This document shows, in pieces, positions 39,995 to 52,158 of a stretch of 64,000 nucleotides of DNA. A program made the position numbers and the translations under genes. The number at the start of each line of letters is the position of its first letter. The stretch's first letter is position 1. Source of the stretch: an uncultured Chloroflexia bacterium (GTDB lineage Bacteria > Chloroflexota > Limnocylindria > Limnocylindrales > CSP1-4); contig CAVVNQ010000003.1 of the NCBI GenBank assembly GCA_963749705.1, forward strand, positions 583,184-647,183. Reading direction: 5' to 3'. The notes beneath the pieces were generated by a model. The model was not told the origin of the DNA. It searched no databases and saw only the letters and a program-made list of their open reading frames with translations.

Positions 39995-40951
39995 ATGGTC
40001 CAGCCCGAACGCCTGTCGATCGCACCCGAGGTGGCCGAGGCACTCAACGCCGGCCGGCCGGTGGTCGCGCTCGAGTCGACCCTCATCAGCCACGGGCTGC
40101 CGTATCCGCAGAACCTCGAGGTGGCGGCGGCGTCGGAGCTCGCGGTTCGGGCCTCGGGCGCGATCCCCGCGACCGTGGCGCTCAACGGGGGACGGCTCCT
40201 GGTCGGCCTCTCGGGGAGCGACCTGGAGACCCTGGCGATGGCCCCCCAGGGGTCCGTGCTCAAGGTTGCCCGGCCGAGCCTCGCGGCCGCCGTCGCATCC
40301 GGCGGCTGGGGCGCGACGACCGTGTCGGCGACGATGATCGCCGCGCACGCCGCCGGCATCCGCGTGTTCGCGACGGGCGGCATCGGCGGCGTGCACCGCG
40401 GTGCCCTGGGCGGCGCGCTGCCGACCTTCGACATCTCGTCCGACCTGGAGGAGCTGTCCCGGACGCCGGTCGCGGTCGTGTGCGCCGGCCCCAAGGCGAT
40501 CCTCGACGTGCCGCTGACGCTCGAGTACCTCGAGACGCACGGGGTCCCGGTGGTCGCGATCGGCACCGACGAGCTACCGGGCTTCTACGCCCGCGGCAGC
40601 GGGATCCGGGCACCGCTCACCGTCCCGGACATCCCGGCCGCCGCCCGACTGGTTGCGGCCCACCACGGCCTCGACCTCGGATCGGGTGTCCTGGTGTGCA
40701 TCCCGGTGCCCGAGGGAGACGCGCTCCCCGACGACGTGACCCGCGCCGCCGTCGCGCAGGCCCTGCGCGAGGCCGATCACACCGGCGTGGCCGGTCCGGA
40801 GCTGACCCCCTGGCTGCTGGCCCGGATCGCCGCGATCACCGATGGCGCCTCGGTCGCCGCGAACATCGCGCTGATCGTCAACGATGCTCGAGTGGCGGGG
40901 ATGCTCGCGGTCGAGCTCGGGGCGATGACGCCGGGGCCCTCGTCGGACTGA
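39995..40951 (+). CDS. psuG: Pseudouridine-5'-phosphate glycosidase
   Basis: PVVALEST.ISHGLPYP, GATTVSATM, ATGGIGGVHRG, DISSDL.EL, AG.KAILD. Confidence 0.95.
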   Translation: MVQPERLSIAPEVAEALNAGRPVVALESTLISHGLPYPQNLEVAAASELAVRASGAIPATVALNGGRLLVGLSGSDLETLAMAPQGSVLKVARPSLAAAVASGGWGATTVSATMIAAHAAGIRVFATGGIGGVHRGALGGALPTFDISSDLEELSRTPVAVVCAGPKAILDVPLTLEYLETHGVPVVAIGTDELPGFYARGSGIRAPLTVPDIPAAARLVAAHHGLDLGSGVLVCIPVPEGDALPDDVTRAAVAQALREADHTGVAGPELTPWLLARIAAITDGASVAANIALIVNDARVAGMLAVELGAMTPGPSSD

Positions 40952-41183
40952 TCACCGAGGCACCCAATCATCGGGTGCCCCCAATGCCCCGCGCCGCGCC
41001 GGCGCATCGGCCGATCGCGGCGCATGCGCCTTGTCTGCCGCAGGGGGGCTCAGTACACTCGCGACAACCGCCAGCGTCCGGCGAGCGTAATGGCGCGCGA
41101 GGGACGAGCGCCAGCCCGGTCCGGGACTCGAGTCGGCCGTTTCGCGACGACGGGGTGGTGGGGCCGCAGCGAGGGAGCAGCCA

Positions 41184-41708
41184 ATGCGGATCTACGAAGG
41201 CAGCCCGCGGCAGGACTTCGAAGAGGTCTTTCGTTCGATCGGGGCGTTCCTCGACACTCGCGGCACCCGCGACATCCTGCTGCTCGAGGTCCCGGACGGG
41301 TTCATCGTCCAGGGCCTGGTCGCGGCCGGTGCAGACAGTGGCGCCTGGTCGGAATCGGTCGGCTCGATCGTCAAGGAGACGCTGACCTTCCTCGACGATG
41401 ACATCGCCAAGTTCATGGAGGAAGCTGCGGCGCGGCGCGGAGAGGCCGGCGCGGCCGTCGATCCGCATGCCGGCCCGTACGAGCAGGCACTCCGCGTGAT
41501 CGGCCGCTGGATGGACGGCCAGAAGCCGAGGGACGTCTTCCTGCTGGAGCAGGATGGTGCGTACGTGATCCGGCTCCTGGTCGGCGGACACGCCGGGGTT
41601 CGCCACCAGATCGCGGAGTTCACCCGGGAAGATATCGCCGATCTCATCGCACAGGGGCCGACCCTTCGGGTGCCCGAGTCCGCCACGGACTCGACAGCCG
41701 GCGCGTGA
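41184..41708 (+). CDS. Hypothetical protein built from two tandem homologous domains
   Basis: GGGAG RBS, coding-like third-position GC. FEEVFRSIGAFLD...ILLLE is repeated as YEQALRVIGRWMD...VFLLE. Confidence 0.8.
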   Translation: MRIYEGSPRQDFEEVFRSIGAFLDTRGTRDILLLEVPDGFIVQGLVAAGADSGAWSESVGSIVKETLTFLDDDIAKFMEEAAARRGEAGAAVDPHAGPYEQALRVIGRWMDGQKPRDVFLLEQDGAYVIRLLVGGHAGVRHQIAEFTREDIADLIAQGPTLRVPESATDSTAGA

Positions 41709-41783
41709 CAACCGGCGCGTGACAGCCCGCGAAGCACCGGGCACAATCAGGGCAGTTCGTCGTAGTGAAGGAGGCCCGACCCG

Positions 41784-41939
41784 ATGAAGGCGCTGCGAAC
41801 CGTGGCGGTCGCCCTCGGGGTGACCCTTGGCGCGTTGATCGTGATCCCGCTCGTGGTTCTGGCCGGATTGTTCATCTGGCTGAAGCTCACCGAAGAGGAT
41901 GACGAGGAGGCGCTCGAGCTCGAGCAGGAAGGCACCTGA
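41784..41939 (+). CDS. 51-aa single-pass membrane protein with acidic tail (absent from ORF track)
   Basis: AAGGAGG RBS, CACAAT upstream. MKALRTVAVALGVTLGALIVIPLVVLAGLFIWLKLTEEDDEEALELEQEGT. Confidence 0.75.
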   Translation: MKALRTVAVALGVTLGALIVIPLVVLAGLFIWLKLTEEDDEEALELEQEGT

Positions 41940-42022
41940 TCGACGAGCCCACGGCGACGGGCGGCCCGCCCGCCGTCGCCACTGAGCCCGACCCGACGCC
42001 CGCCGATCCGGCGGGCGTCTTC

Positions 42023-42961
42023 GTGCCTGCGTCCGCCGCGCTCGGCCGTGAGCGACGGCTCGCCGAAGCGGCCGTGCTGATCACGGTGGCGATCTGGTCC
42101 GCCAACTTCGTGGTGGTCAAGGCCACGATCGGCGTGTTCGGTCCCCTCACGTTCACCGCGCTTCGCTGGGGCGTGGCCCTGGTCACGATGTTCCTGATCG
42201 TCCGGTGGCGATCCGGGTCCATCCGCTGGCCCGGGCGTGATGGCTGGATCCTGATGGGCCTGGGCGTGCTCGGGTTCGGCTGCTACCAGCTGTTGTGGAC
42301 GGTCGGGCTGACCCAGATCACCGCAGGCGACTCGGCCCTGATCATCGCGTCGTCGCCCGTGCTCGTGGCATTGCTCGCGGGAGCGGTCGGCCTCGACCGC
42401 CTGACGCCGCCGAAGCTGGCCGGGGCGATCGTGGCCTTCGGCGGGGTGGCCATCGTCATCGCGGCCGGGCACGAGCTCCGGCTGGGCGCGTCGCTCACCG
42501 GTGACCTGCTCACGCTCGCGGCGGCGGCGCTGTGGGCCGTGTACACCACGGCCGGTGCCCGGCTGCTGCGGCGCATCGATCCGCTCCGGGCGACCGCGTG
42601 GGCAGTCCTCGGGGGCGCCGTGTTCCTGCTCCCGTTCGGCGTCTGGGAGGCGGTCACGTCGCCGCCGGTCGGGGTGACCCCCGCGGCCGTGGCGGGTGTC
42701 CTGTACTCGGGAGCGCTCGCGGCCGCGATCGCCAACGTCATCGTGTTCAACGCCATCCGTCTGGCCGGACCGACCCGGGTGATGTCACTCCAGTTCCTGG
42801 TGCCGGCCGGTGCGGTTGCCCTCGGTGCGGTCGTGCTCGCCGAGACGGTGCGGCCCGCGCAGGTGCTCGGCGGCGTCGTGATCGTGATCGGCGTCTGGCT
42901 GCTTCGCCAGCCGGGCCTCGTCCCGGGCCGGGTTCGCGCGCGTGTCGGATCGGCTCGATGA
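42023..42961 (+). CDS. EamA/DMT family transporter
   Basis: IWSANFVVVK, PLTFTALR, GLTQITAGDSALI, GDLL.L.A, GPTR, LAE. Confidence 0.88.
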   Translation: MPASAALGRERRLAEAAVLITVAIWSANFVVVKATIGVFGPLTFTALRWGVALVTMFLIVRWRSGSIRWPGRDGWILMGLGVLGFGCYQLLWTVGLTQITAGDSALIIASSPVLVALLAGAVGLDRLTPPKLAGAIVAFGGVAIVIAAGHELRLGASLTGDLLTLAAAALWAVYTTAGARLLRRIDPLRATAWAVLGGAVFLLPFGVWEAVTSPPVGVTPAAVAGVLYSGALAAAIANVIVFNAIRLAGPTRVMSLQFLVPAGAVALGAVVLAETVRPAQVLGGVVIVIGVWLLRQPGLVPGRVRARVGSAR

Positions 42962-43007
42962 CGCCGCGGCTCGATGACCCGCTCGGCCCGATGACCGACT
43001 CCAGGCG

Positions 43008-43829
43008 ATGACCGGCGACCTGCCCGATCCGCCCGCGAGCGCCGCCGTCCGGCCGCTCCCGGTCCCGCCGCTCGGGGCCGGCCAGCCGCCGCTGGCGATC
43101 CTCGTCGACTACGACGGCACGATCGCCCGGACCGACGTCTCCGACACGCTGATGGCCGAGTTCGTGAACGCCGACTGGGAGGCGCACGTCGCCGACTACG
43201 ATGCGGGACGGGTCGGCTCGCGACGGCTTATGGCGTGGGAGATCGGGCTGATCCGCGCCGATCCGGCGTCGCTGCTGGCCAAGGCCGCCGCGCAGCCGCA
43301 CGACGAGACGTTCCGCCCGTTTGCCGAGCGGGCGCTCGCCGCCGGGGTCCCGGTCGAGGTCGTGTCCGACGGGTTCGGCTTCTTCATTGGGCCGGCCCTT
43401 CGATCGCTCGGCGTCGGGCAGGTCCCGGTCGTCACCGCCGAGACCACGTTCGGTCCCGATGGTGCCCGGATCGACTTTCCCAACGGCAGCCCGGACTGCT
43501 ACGTATGCGGCACGTGCAAGCGGAACCGCGTCCTCGCCCACCAGGCCGCAGGCCGTGCCGTCGTGTTCATCGGGGACGGCGAGTCCGATCGCTACGCCGC
43601 GGGCTACTCGGACGTGGTGTTCGCCAAGCACGCGCTGGTGCGGCTGTGCGTCGAGAACGGCTGGCCGTTCGAGCGCTGGACCGAGTTCTCCGAGATCCAT
43701 GCCTGGCTCGACCGGCAGCTCGATGCCTTCGCTGCCGACCCGTCCGCGCTGCCCGGCCCGCGCCCTCGGCCACTGTTCTGCGGCGCGGAGGTGTGGGGCC
43801 CGGGACGCTTCGATCCCCCGGCCGCCTGA
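43008..43829 (+). CDS. HAD-IB phosphatase, MtnX-like
   Basis: DYDGT, VSDG, C..CGTCK, IGDG.SD, VFAK. Confidence 0.85.
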   Translation: MTGDLPDPPASAAVRPLPVPPLGAGQPPLAILVDYDGTIARTDVSDTLMAEFVNADWEAHVADYDAGRVGSRRLMAWEIGLIRADPASLLAKAAAQPHDETFRPFAERALAAGVPVEVVSDGFGFFIGPALRSLGVGQVPVVTAETTFGPDGARIDFPNGSPDCYVCGTCKRNRVLAHQAAGRAVVFIGDGESDRYAAGYSDVVFAKHALVRLCVENGWPFERWTEFSEIHAWLDRQLDAFAADPSALPGPRPRPLFCGAEVWGPGRFDPPAA

Positions 43830-43871
43830 CCGCCCGCGACCCGCACGTCGCCGGCTCGTCGCGGCGTGGCA

Positions 43872-44465
43872 TCAACGTGGTGGCAGCGCTCCGGCTGCGT
43901 CGCCCCTCCACAGCCACGCGCCCGCCACCGAGACCACTGCGGCGCCCGCGATGCCGGCGAGCCAGGCCGCCGCCACGAGGGCCAGGAGCTGGTCGATCCG
44001 CCGCTCGACCTCGCGCAGCGATCGGCCGGCCAGGACCGTGCCGCCACGCCACGGGACGCTGACCTGCGCGATGCGCACGCCGCTGCGTGGCTGCCACGTC
44101 ACGGTGTCCGGCGGGTGCTGCCGCGCACCCTCGAGGACGCCCGCCGGCGGGACCGGATCGTGACCGTCGAGGACCCCGTCGGTCGCGAGCACCGAGCCCG
44201 AGGTGTCGAAGACGACGAGGAACGGCGACAGGCTGGTCGCGACGTCCACCGCGTGCGCCGTGACCAGCGAGGACGGCGGCGCCCCGGCGTCGAGCGCGGC
44301 CGCTGCATCCTCGGCCATCTGCAGCTGGGGCGAGTTGGCCCCCGAGCGGAGCGCCTGCTGCTCGACCCCGTACGCGAGCCCGCAGCCGAACGTGATGACG
44401 AACGCAAGCGGGAGGAACAGGGCCAGCACGGCGCGCAGCGGCGGCAGGATCGACGTGGGCATCAC
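43872..44465 (-). CDS. Hypothetical membrane protein (two TM helices around a soluble domain)
   Basis: TM, then QQALRSGAN.PQ.Q.AED...SLSPF...TWQP..GVR...GRSLREVE, then TM. Confidence 0.7.
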   Translation of the reverse strand: MMPTSILPPLRAVLALFLPLAFVITFGCGLAYGVEQQALRSGANSPQLQMAEDAAAALDAGAPPSSLVTAHAVDVATSLSPFLVVFDTSGSVLATDGVLDGHDPVPPAGVLEGARQHPPDTVTWQPRSGVRIAQVSVPWRGGTVLAGRSLREVERRIDQLLALVAAAWLAGIAGAAVVSVAGAWLWRGDAAGALPPR

Positions 44466-44508
44466 GCAGGCGCGACGAGCAACGGCGCCGACCTGTGGCG
44501 CGGCCGCG

Positions 44509-47218
<2,710 letters not shown>

Positions 47219-47303
47219 CCGTCGATCCGGCCTGGACGGCGAACGGGCCCGCTCCCGGTAGACTCAGCCCTGTACGAACTGAGCTGCCCGAGAGGTCCCG
47301 ACC

Positions 47304-47972
47304 ATGAAGCTGTTCCTCGACACCGCCGACATCGAAGAGATCCGCACCGGCGTCCGCTGGGGCGTGATCGACGGCGTCACCACCAACCCGTCGCTGTACG
47401 CGCGCGTCGAAGGCAGGTCGTACGACGACGTGCTCACGGAGATCTGCGGCATCACCCCGGGGCCGGTCTCGGCCGAGGTCGTCGCCGATGATGTCGAGGG
47501 GATGCTCAGCGAGGGCCGCCATTTCGCGAAGCTCGCCGACAACATCGTGGTCAAGGTCCCGATGACCGAGAACGGCCTCGAGGCGATCAAGCGCTTCAAG
47601 GCCGAGGGCATCAAGACCAACTGCACCCTGATCTTCACGGCCAACCAGGGGCTCCTCGCCGCGAAGGCCGGGGCGTCGCTCCTGTCGCCGTTCGTCGGCC
47701 GGCTGGACGACATCAACGAGGAGGGGATGATCGTCATCCGCGAGCTGTCGGACATCATCAACTCCTACGACTACGACGCCGAGGTGCTGTCCGCCTCGAT
47801 CCGCCATCCGCGCCACGTCACCGAGTCGGCGCTGGCGGGCGCGCACATCGCGACGCTGCCGTTCAAGGTGCTCCAGCAGATGGTCCACCACCCGCTGACC
47901 GACGCGGGGATCGTCCGGTTCAAGAAGGACTGGGAGGCGGCCAGGGCCGCGGTCGCCGCTCGCAGCAGGTAG
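47304..47972 (+). CDS. tal: Transaldolase (short TalC/FSA family)
   Basis: [43 protein letters not shown]. Confidence 0.93.
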   Translation: MKLFLDTADIEEIRTGVRWGVIDGVTTNPSLYARVEGRSYDDVLTEICGITPGPVSAEVVADDVEGMLSEGRHFAKLADNIVVKVPMTENGLEAIKRFKAEGIKTNCTLIFTANQGLLAAKAGASLLSPFVGRLDDINEEGMIVIRELSDIINSYDYDAEVLSASIRHPRHVTESALAGAHIATLPFKVLQQMVHHPLTDAGIVRFKKDWEAARAAVAARSR

Positions 47973-48027
47973 CCCGCCGAGCAGCCGCGCCGCCGAGACG
48001 GCTCGTGTCCGACCGTGGGTCGAGCCG

Positions 48028-48850
48028 CTACTCCGCCAGCCTGGGCAGCGTCCTCGCGGTCGCCGCGACCAGCACGACCAGCACCGCCGCCAGCACCGTG
48101 ATGTCGAACAATGACCCCACGGGCGCTGGGAGCACCCACGATCATCAGCGATCGGGTCGCGTCCACCATGTAGGTCAGCGGGTTCAGGGCCGCGACCGTC
48201 TGCAGCCAGGCGGGCATCATCGACACCGGGTAGATCGCGCTGCTCGCGAAGAACACCGGCATCGTCATGACCTGGCCGATGCCCATGAACCGCTCGCGCG
48301 TGCGGACGAACGTGGCCACCAGCATCGAGAACGTCGCGAACACGGCCGATCCGAGCGCCACCACGGTCACGACCCCGACGACCGGCAGCGGCTCCAGCCG
48401 CACGTGGACCCCGATCGCCAGCGAGATCACGTACACGATGACGGCCTGCGCGAGCCCGCGCACGCTGCCGGCCGTCGCCTTGCCCAGGACCACGCCGGCT
48501 CGTGAGGCGGGGCTGGCCAGCACCTTGTGCAGCAGGCCGACGTCGCGCTCCCAGATGACCGTGATCCCGAAGAAGATGGCCATGAACAGCGCGCTCTGGG
48601 ACAGGATCCCGGGTGCGAGGTAGTCGATGTAGCTGAGGTCGCCGGTCGGGATGGCCCGCGCGCCGGCCAGCACCTGGCCGAACACGAGCAGCCACAGCAG
48701 CGGCTGGACGGCTCGGGTCACCAGCTCCAGCGGGTCGTGGCGGAGCTTGGTCACCTCGGCCGATGCGATCGTGACCGCGTCGGTCACGAGGCGCAGCGGT
48801 CGCCGGTCAGCCCAGCCGGCGCGCGGTGCGGCGCGTTCGAACGAGATCAC
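48028..48850 (-). CDS. ABC-2 type (DrrB-like) permease, frameshifted near 48112
   Basis: QPLLWLLVFG, YLAPGI, WERD.G, NPLTY.VDA.R. The last TM helix (LFDITVLAAVLVVLVAA...LAE*) is in the adjacent frame and ends at 48028. Confidence 0.85.
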
Positions 48851-49775
48851 GGAAGCTGCCTCCGGTGTCGAGATCCGCGCCCGTGACCCGGCCGAACACG
48901 TCGTCCAGCGTCGCGTCGGGACCGATCTGTGCCTTGAGCGCGTCGGGTGTGCCGAGGGCCACGATCCGGCCGCGATGCATGAACGCGATCCGGTCGCACA
49001 GCGCGTCGGCCTCCTCCATGTAGTGGGTGGTGATCAGGATCGTCATCGAGACCGTCGCGCGGAGACGCTCGATGTGCTCCCAGACCGCGAGCCGCGCGGT
49101 CGGGTCCAGGCCGACGGTGGGTTCGTCGAGGAACAGCACCGCCGGCCGGTGGAGCATCGCCATCGCGAGCTCCAGCCGCCTGACCATGCCGCCCGAGTAG
49201 GTGCGGACCTGGCGATCCGCGGCCGCGTCGAGGTCCATGAACGCGATGGCCTCGCGAATGAGCCCGTCGTGCTCGCTGCGCGGCAGGTGGTACAGCCGCG
49301 CGGACAGCCGCATGTTCTCGCGTCCGGTCAGCAGGCCGTCGGCCGAGACCGCCTGGGGGACGTAGCCGATGCGCTCGCGCACGACGGCCGGCCGGCCGCC
49401 GACCGACGCCCCGGCGACCCACGCCTCGCCCGCGTTCGGGCGCAACAGGGTGGTCAGCATCTTGATCGTCGTGGTCTTGCCGGCGCCGTTCGGCCCCAGC
49501 AGGCCGAACACCTCGTCACGGGCGATGTCCAGGTCGAGCTCGTCGACGGCCACCTGGTCACCGAAGCGGCGCGTAAGACCCCGGATATGGATCGCGCTCT
49601 GATGGGGATCGCCCGCCGGTGCGGCCACCTCGGATGCGGCCACGTCGGACGCGAGCACCGCGGACGGGTGCACCGCGGACGGGTGCACCGCGGACGTAAG
49701 AACCTCGGACGCGCTCGCCGTGGACGGACGCACCGCAGCCGGCGGCGACTCGGACCGAACGGGCTGGGCGCTCAC
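48807..49775 (-). CDS. ABC transporter ATP-binding protein (DrrA-like)
   Basis: GPNGAGKTT, YSGGM.RR, LDEPT.GLDP, TTHYMEEA. GTGA overlap with the MarR stop. Confidence 0.93.
   Translation of the reverse strand: MSAQPVRSESPPAAVRPSTASASEVLTSAVHPSAVHPSAVLASDVAASEVAAPAGDPHQSAIHIRGLTRRFGDQVAVDELDLDIARDEVFGLLGPNGAGKTTTIKMLTTLLRPNAGEAWVAGASVGGRPAVVRERIGYVPQAVSADGLLTGRENMRLSARLYHLPRSEHDGLIREAIAFMDLDAAADRQVRTYSGGMVRRLELAMAMLHRPAVLFLDEPTVGLDPTARLAVWEHIERLRATVSMTILITTHYMEEADALCDRIAFMHRGRIVALGTPDALKAQIGPDATLDDVFGRVTGADLDTGGSFRDLVRTRRTARRLG
49655..49696. repeat. 15-bp tandem repeat (SAVHP) in the ABC ATPase N-terminus
   Basis: GCACCGCGGACGGGT repeated about 3 times. Confidence 0.9.
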
Positions 49776-50233
49776 GCGACGTCTCCGGCCCCCAGGCGCG
49801 CGAGCACGTCGAGCGCGGCATCCAGGCGGTCGAGATCGTCCGGGCCGAGGGTCGAAACCTCGGCTGAGAGCCACGCACGGGTCGCCGCCTCAGCCCGGTC
49901 GATGCGCGCCTGCCCGGCCGGTGACAGCCGCAGATGGATCCGGCGCCGCTCGGCATCGTCGGTCTCGCGCCGGATCTCGCCGGCGCGGACCAGGCGGTCG
50001 ACCAGGCCGGACGTCGCCGTGACGCTCGTCCCCAGGCGCTCCGCGATCGCCGACACGCCGATTCCTGGCTCGTGGCCGACCAGCCGGAGCACGCGGAACT
50101 GGGGCACCGACAGCCCGGGCTCCGCTCCTTCGCGCATCTTGCGCCGGATGCGCTGACCCAGGCGCGGCACGACCTCAAGGATCCGGTCCGCGCGGGCCGC
50201 GGCCGGCGGCGGCGTGGTCCGGTCGACCTCCAT
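49772..50233 (-). CDS. MarR family transcriptional regulator
   Basis: LSVPQFRVL, IAERLG......SGLVDRL...G.I.R, ERR...L.LS..G. Confidence 0.9.
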   Translation of the reverse strand: MEVDRTTPPPAAARADRILEVVPRLGQRIRRKMREGAEPGLSVPQFRVLRLVGHEPGIGVSAIAERLGTSVTATSGLVDRLVRAGEIRRETDDAERRRIHLRLSPAGQARIDRAEAATRAWLSAEVSTLGPDDLDRLDAALDVLARLGAGDVA

Positions 50234-50260
50234 GGTCACGGCAGATGCTCCACGATACGG

Positions 50261-50283
50261 ACTATCCACGTCATGAACTATAT
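50261..50283. promoter_or_regulatory. Candidate MarR operator
   Basis: AT-rich imperfect palindrome ACTATCCACGTCATGAACTATAT upstream of the marR gene. Confidence 0.45.
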
Positions 50284-50472
50284 CGCCGGGCGCAAACGGT
50301 CGGGGCGCAAATCGTTGACGTGGCCGCATCCGGCGCGATATCCTCGCCGTATCCCCATCGGCCGCGCGCGACGGTCCCCGATTCCGCGCGAGCAACGGCC
50401 CATGGTGCGAATCATCGTTCCCCCACCGGATCATGCCGGTGCCGGACTCCACCCTGGAGCTTGCCCAAACCC

Positions 50473-51852
50473 ATGCCGAACGGCCCCGACCAGCGTTCGA
50501 GCCGCAACCGCCGGCCTCGTCGTCGATCCCAGACCAGCCGCCTGCCCGTTACCGAGCAGGACGAGGTTGCCGAGCTCGAGGCGGCGCGCGAGCGCAACGA
50601 CCTCGACATTCGCGACCTCATCGAGATGTCCGTCAAGGAGCTGCGCGAGGTCGGCGCGCGCCTCGACATCGGCGCCGAGCCCTCGAACCGCCGCGACGAT
50701 CTCGTCGACCTCATCCTCCAGGCGCAGACCGAGCGCGCCGGCCTTGACTACGCGTTCGGGATCCTGGACATCGTGGACGAGGGCTACGGGTTCATGCGCC
50801 GTCACGGCCTGCTGCCCAGCCAGGATGACGTGTACGTGTCCTCGAGCCAGGTGCGCCGGTTCGGCCTCAGGGTCGGCGACCGAGTCACCGGAGCCGTCCG
50901 GGCTCCGCGCGAGGGCGAGAAGTTCTGGGGCCTGATCCGGGTCGACAGCGTGAATGGCGTCGACACCGACACCGCGCGCCGGCGGCCGCACTTCGGCGAC
51001 CTCACGCCGATCCACCCGATCGAGCTGATCAACCTCGAGTCGGATCCGAAGAACCTCAGCCAGCGCCTCGTCAACCTCGTCAACCCGCTGGGCAAGGGCC
51101 AGCGCGCGCTCATCGTCAGCCCGCCCAAGGCCGGCAAGACGATGCTGCTCAAGGCGATCGCCAACGGGATCACCGCCAACTATCCCGAGGTCCTGCTCAT
51201 GGTCGCCCTGATCGGCGAGCGGCCCGAGGAGGTCACCGACATGCGCCGCTCGGTCGACGGCGAGGTGATCAGCTCCACGTTCGACGAGCCGACCGAGAAC
51301 CACACGCACGTCGCCGAGATGGCGCTCGAGATCGCCAAGCGACAGGTCGAGACCGGCCGCGACGTGGTCATCCTGCTGGACTCGATCACCCGTCTCGCGC
51401 GCGCGTACAACCTCGCCCTTCCGCCCAGCGGCCGCACCCTCTCAGGCGGCATCGATCCGATCGCGCTGTACCCGCCCAAGCGGTTCTTCGGGGCCGCGCG
51501 CAAGATCGAGGAGGGTGGCAGCCTCACGATCATCGGGACCTGCCTGGTCGACACCGGATCGCGCATGGACGACGTGATCTACGAGGAGTTCAAGGGCACC
51601 GGCAACAGCGAGCTGATCCTCGATCGCAAGCTCGCCGAGAAGCGGATCTTCCCGGCCATCGACGTCCAGCGCTCGGGCACCCGGCGCGAGGAGCTGCTGC
51701 TCGAGGAAGGCACGCTCAAGATGGTCTGGACCATGCGCCGGATGCTGTCCGCGGTGGGCACCAACGAAGGCATCGAGCTGCTGCTGAACCGGATCGCGAA
51801 GACCGAGGACAACGCGCAGTTCCTGGCGACGCTGACCAAGAGCCTCGACTGA
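50473..51852 (+). CDS. rho: Transcription termination factor Rho
   Basis: [59 protein letters not shown]. Confidence 0.98.
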   Translation: MPNGPDQRSSRNRRPRRRSQTSRLPVTEQDEVAELEAARERNDLDIRDLIEMSVKELREVGARLDIGAEPSNRRDDLVDLILQAQTERAGLDYAFGILDIVDEGYGFMRRHGLLPSQDDVYVSSSQVRRFGLRVGDRVTGAVRAPREGEKFWGLIRVDSVNGVDTDTARRRPHFGDLTPIHPIELINLESDPKNLSQRLVNLVNPLGKGQRALIVSPPKAGKTMLLKAIANGITANYPEVLLMVALIGERPEEVTDMRRSVDGEVISSTFDEPTENHTHVAEMALEIAKRQVETGRDVVILLDSITRLARAYNLALPPSGRTLSGGIDPIALYPPKRFFGAARKIEEGGSLTIIGTCLVDTGSRMDDVIYEEFKGTGNSELILDRKLAEKRIFPAIDVQRSGTRREELLLEEGTLKMVWTMRRMLSAVGTNEGIELLLNRIAKTEDNAQFLATLTKSLD

Positions 51853-52158
51853 CGGTCCGCCGGGCTGCGGACGGTCGGCCGGGCCGCCCGCCTGCGGCCG
51901 TCTCGCGACGGCGGCGAATTACCGAGAATCGGGAAGTTCGGCCCGTAAATTGGGCCCATTGCGGCCCCGGCAGGGCGGGCGGTGACGTTTGCACGACCCT
52001 CGGGCCGTCTGGTACGGTTCGGCCGAGTTGGAGGCTGCCCCGGATGCCCGGGCACGGTCGCGGGGGCGACCCGACGCTACATCGCGACCCCAGACGATCC
52101 GCCTGCCTGCCTCCCGGTGAGGGACACCGGGCGATGATCGTCCTGCCAGGAGACCGTA

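Noticed and set aside
42956-43012. CGATGAC x4 and other short repeats as a mini-CRISPR or iteron array
   Set aside because: The units are too short and degenerate, and there are no cas or rep genes.
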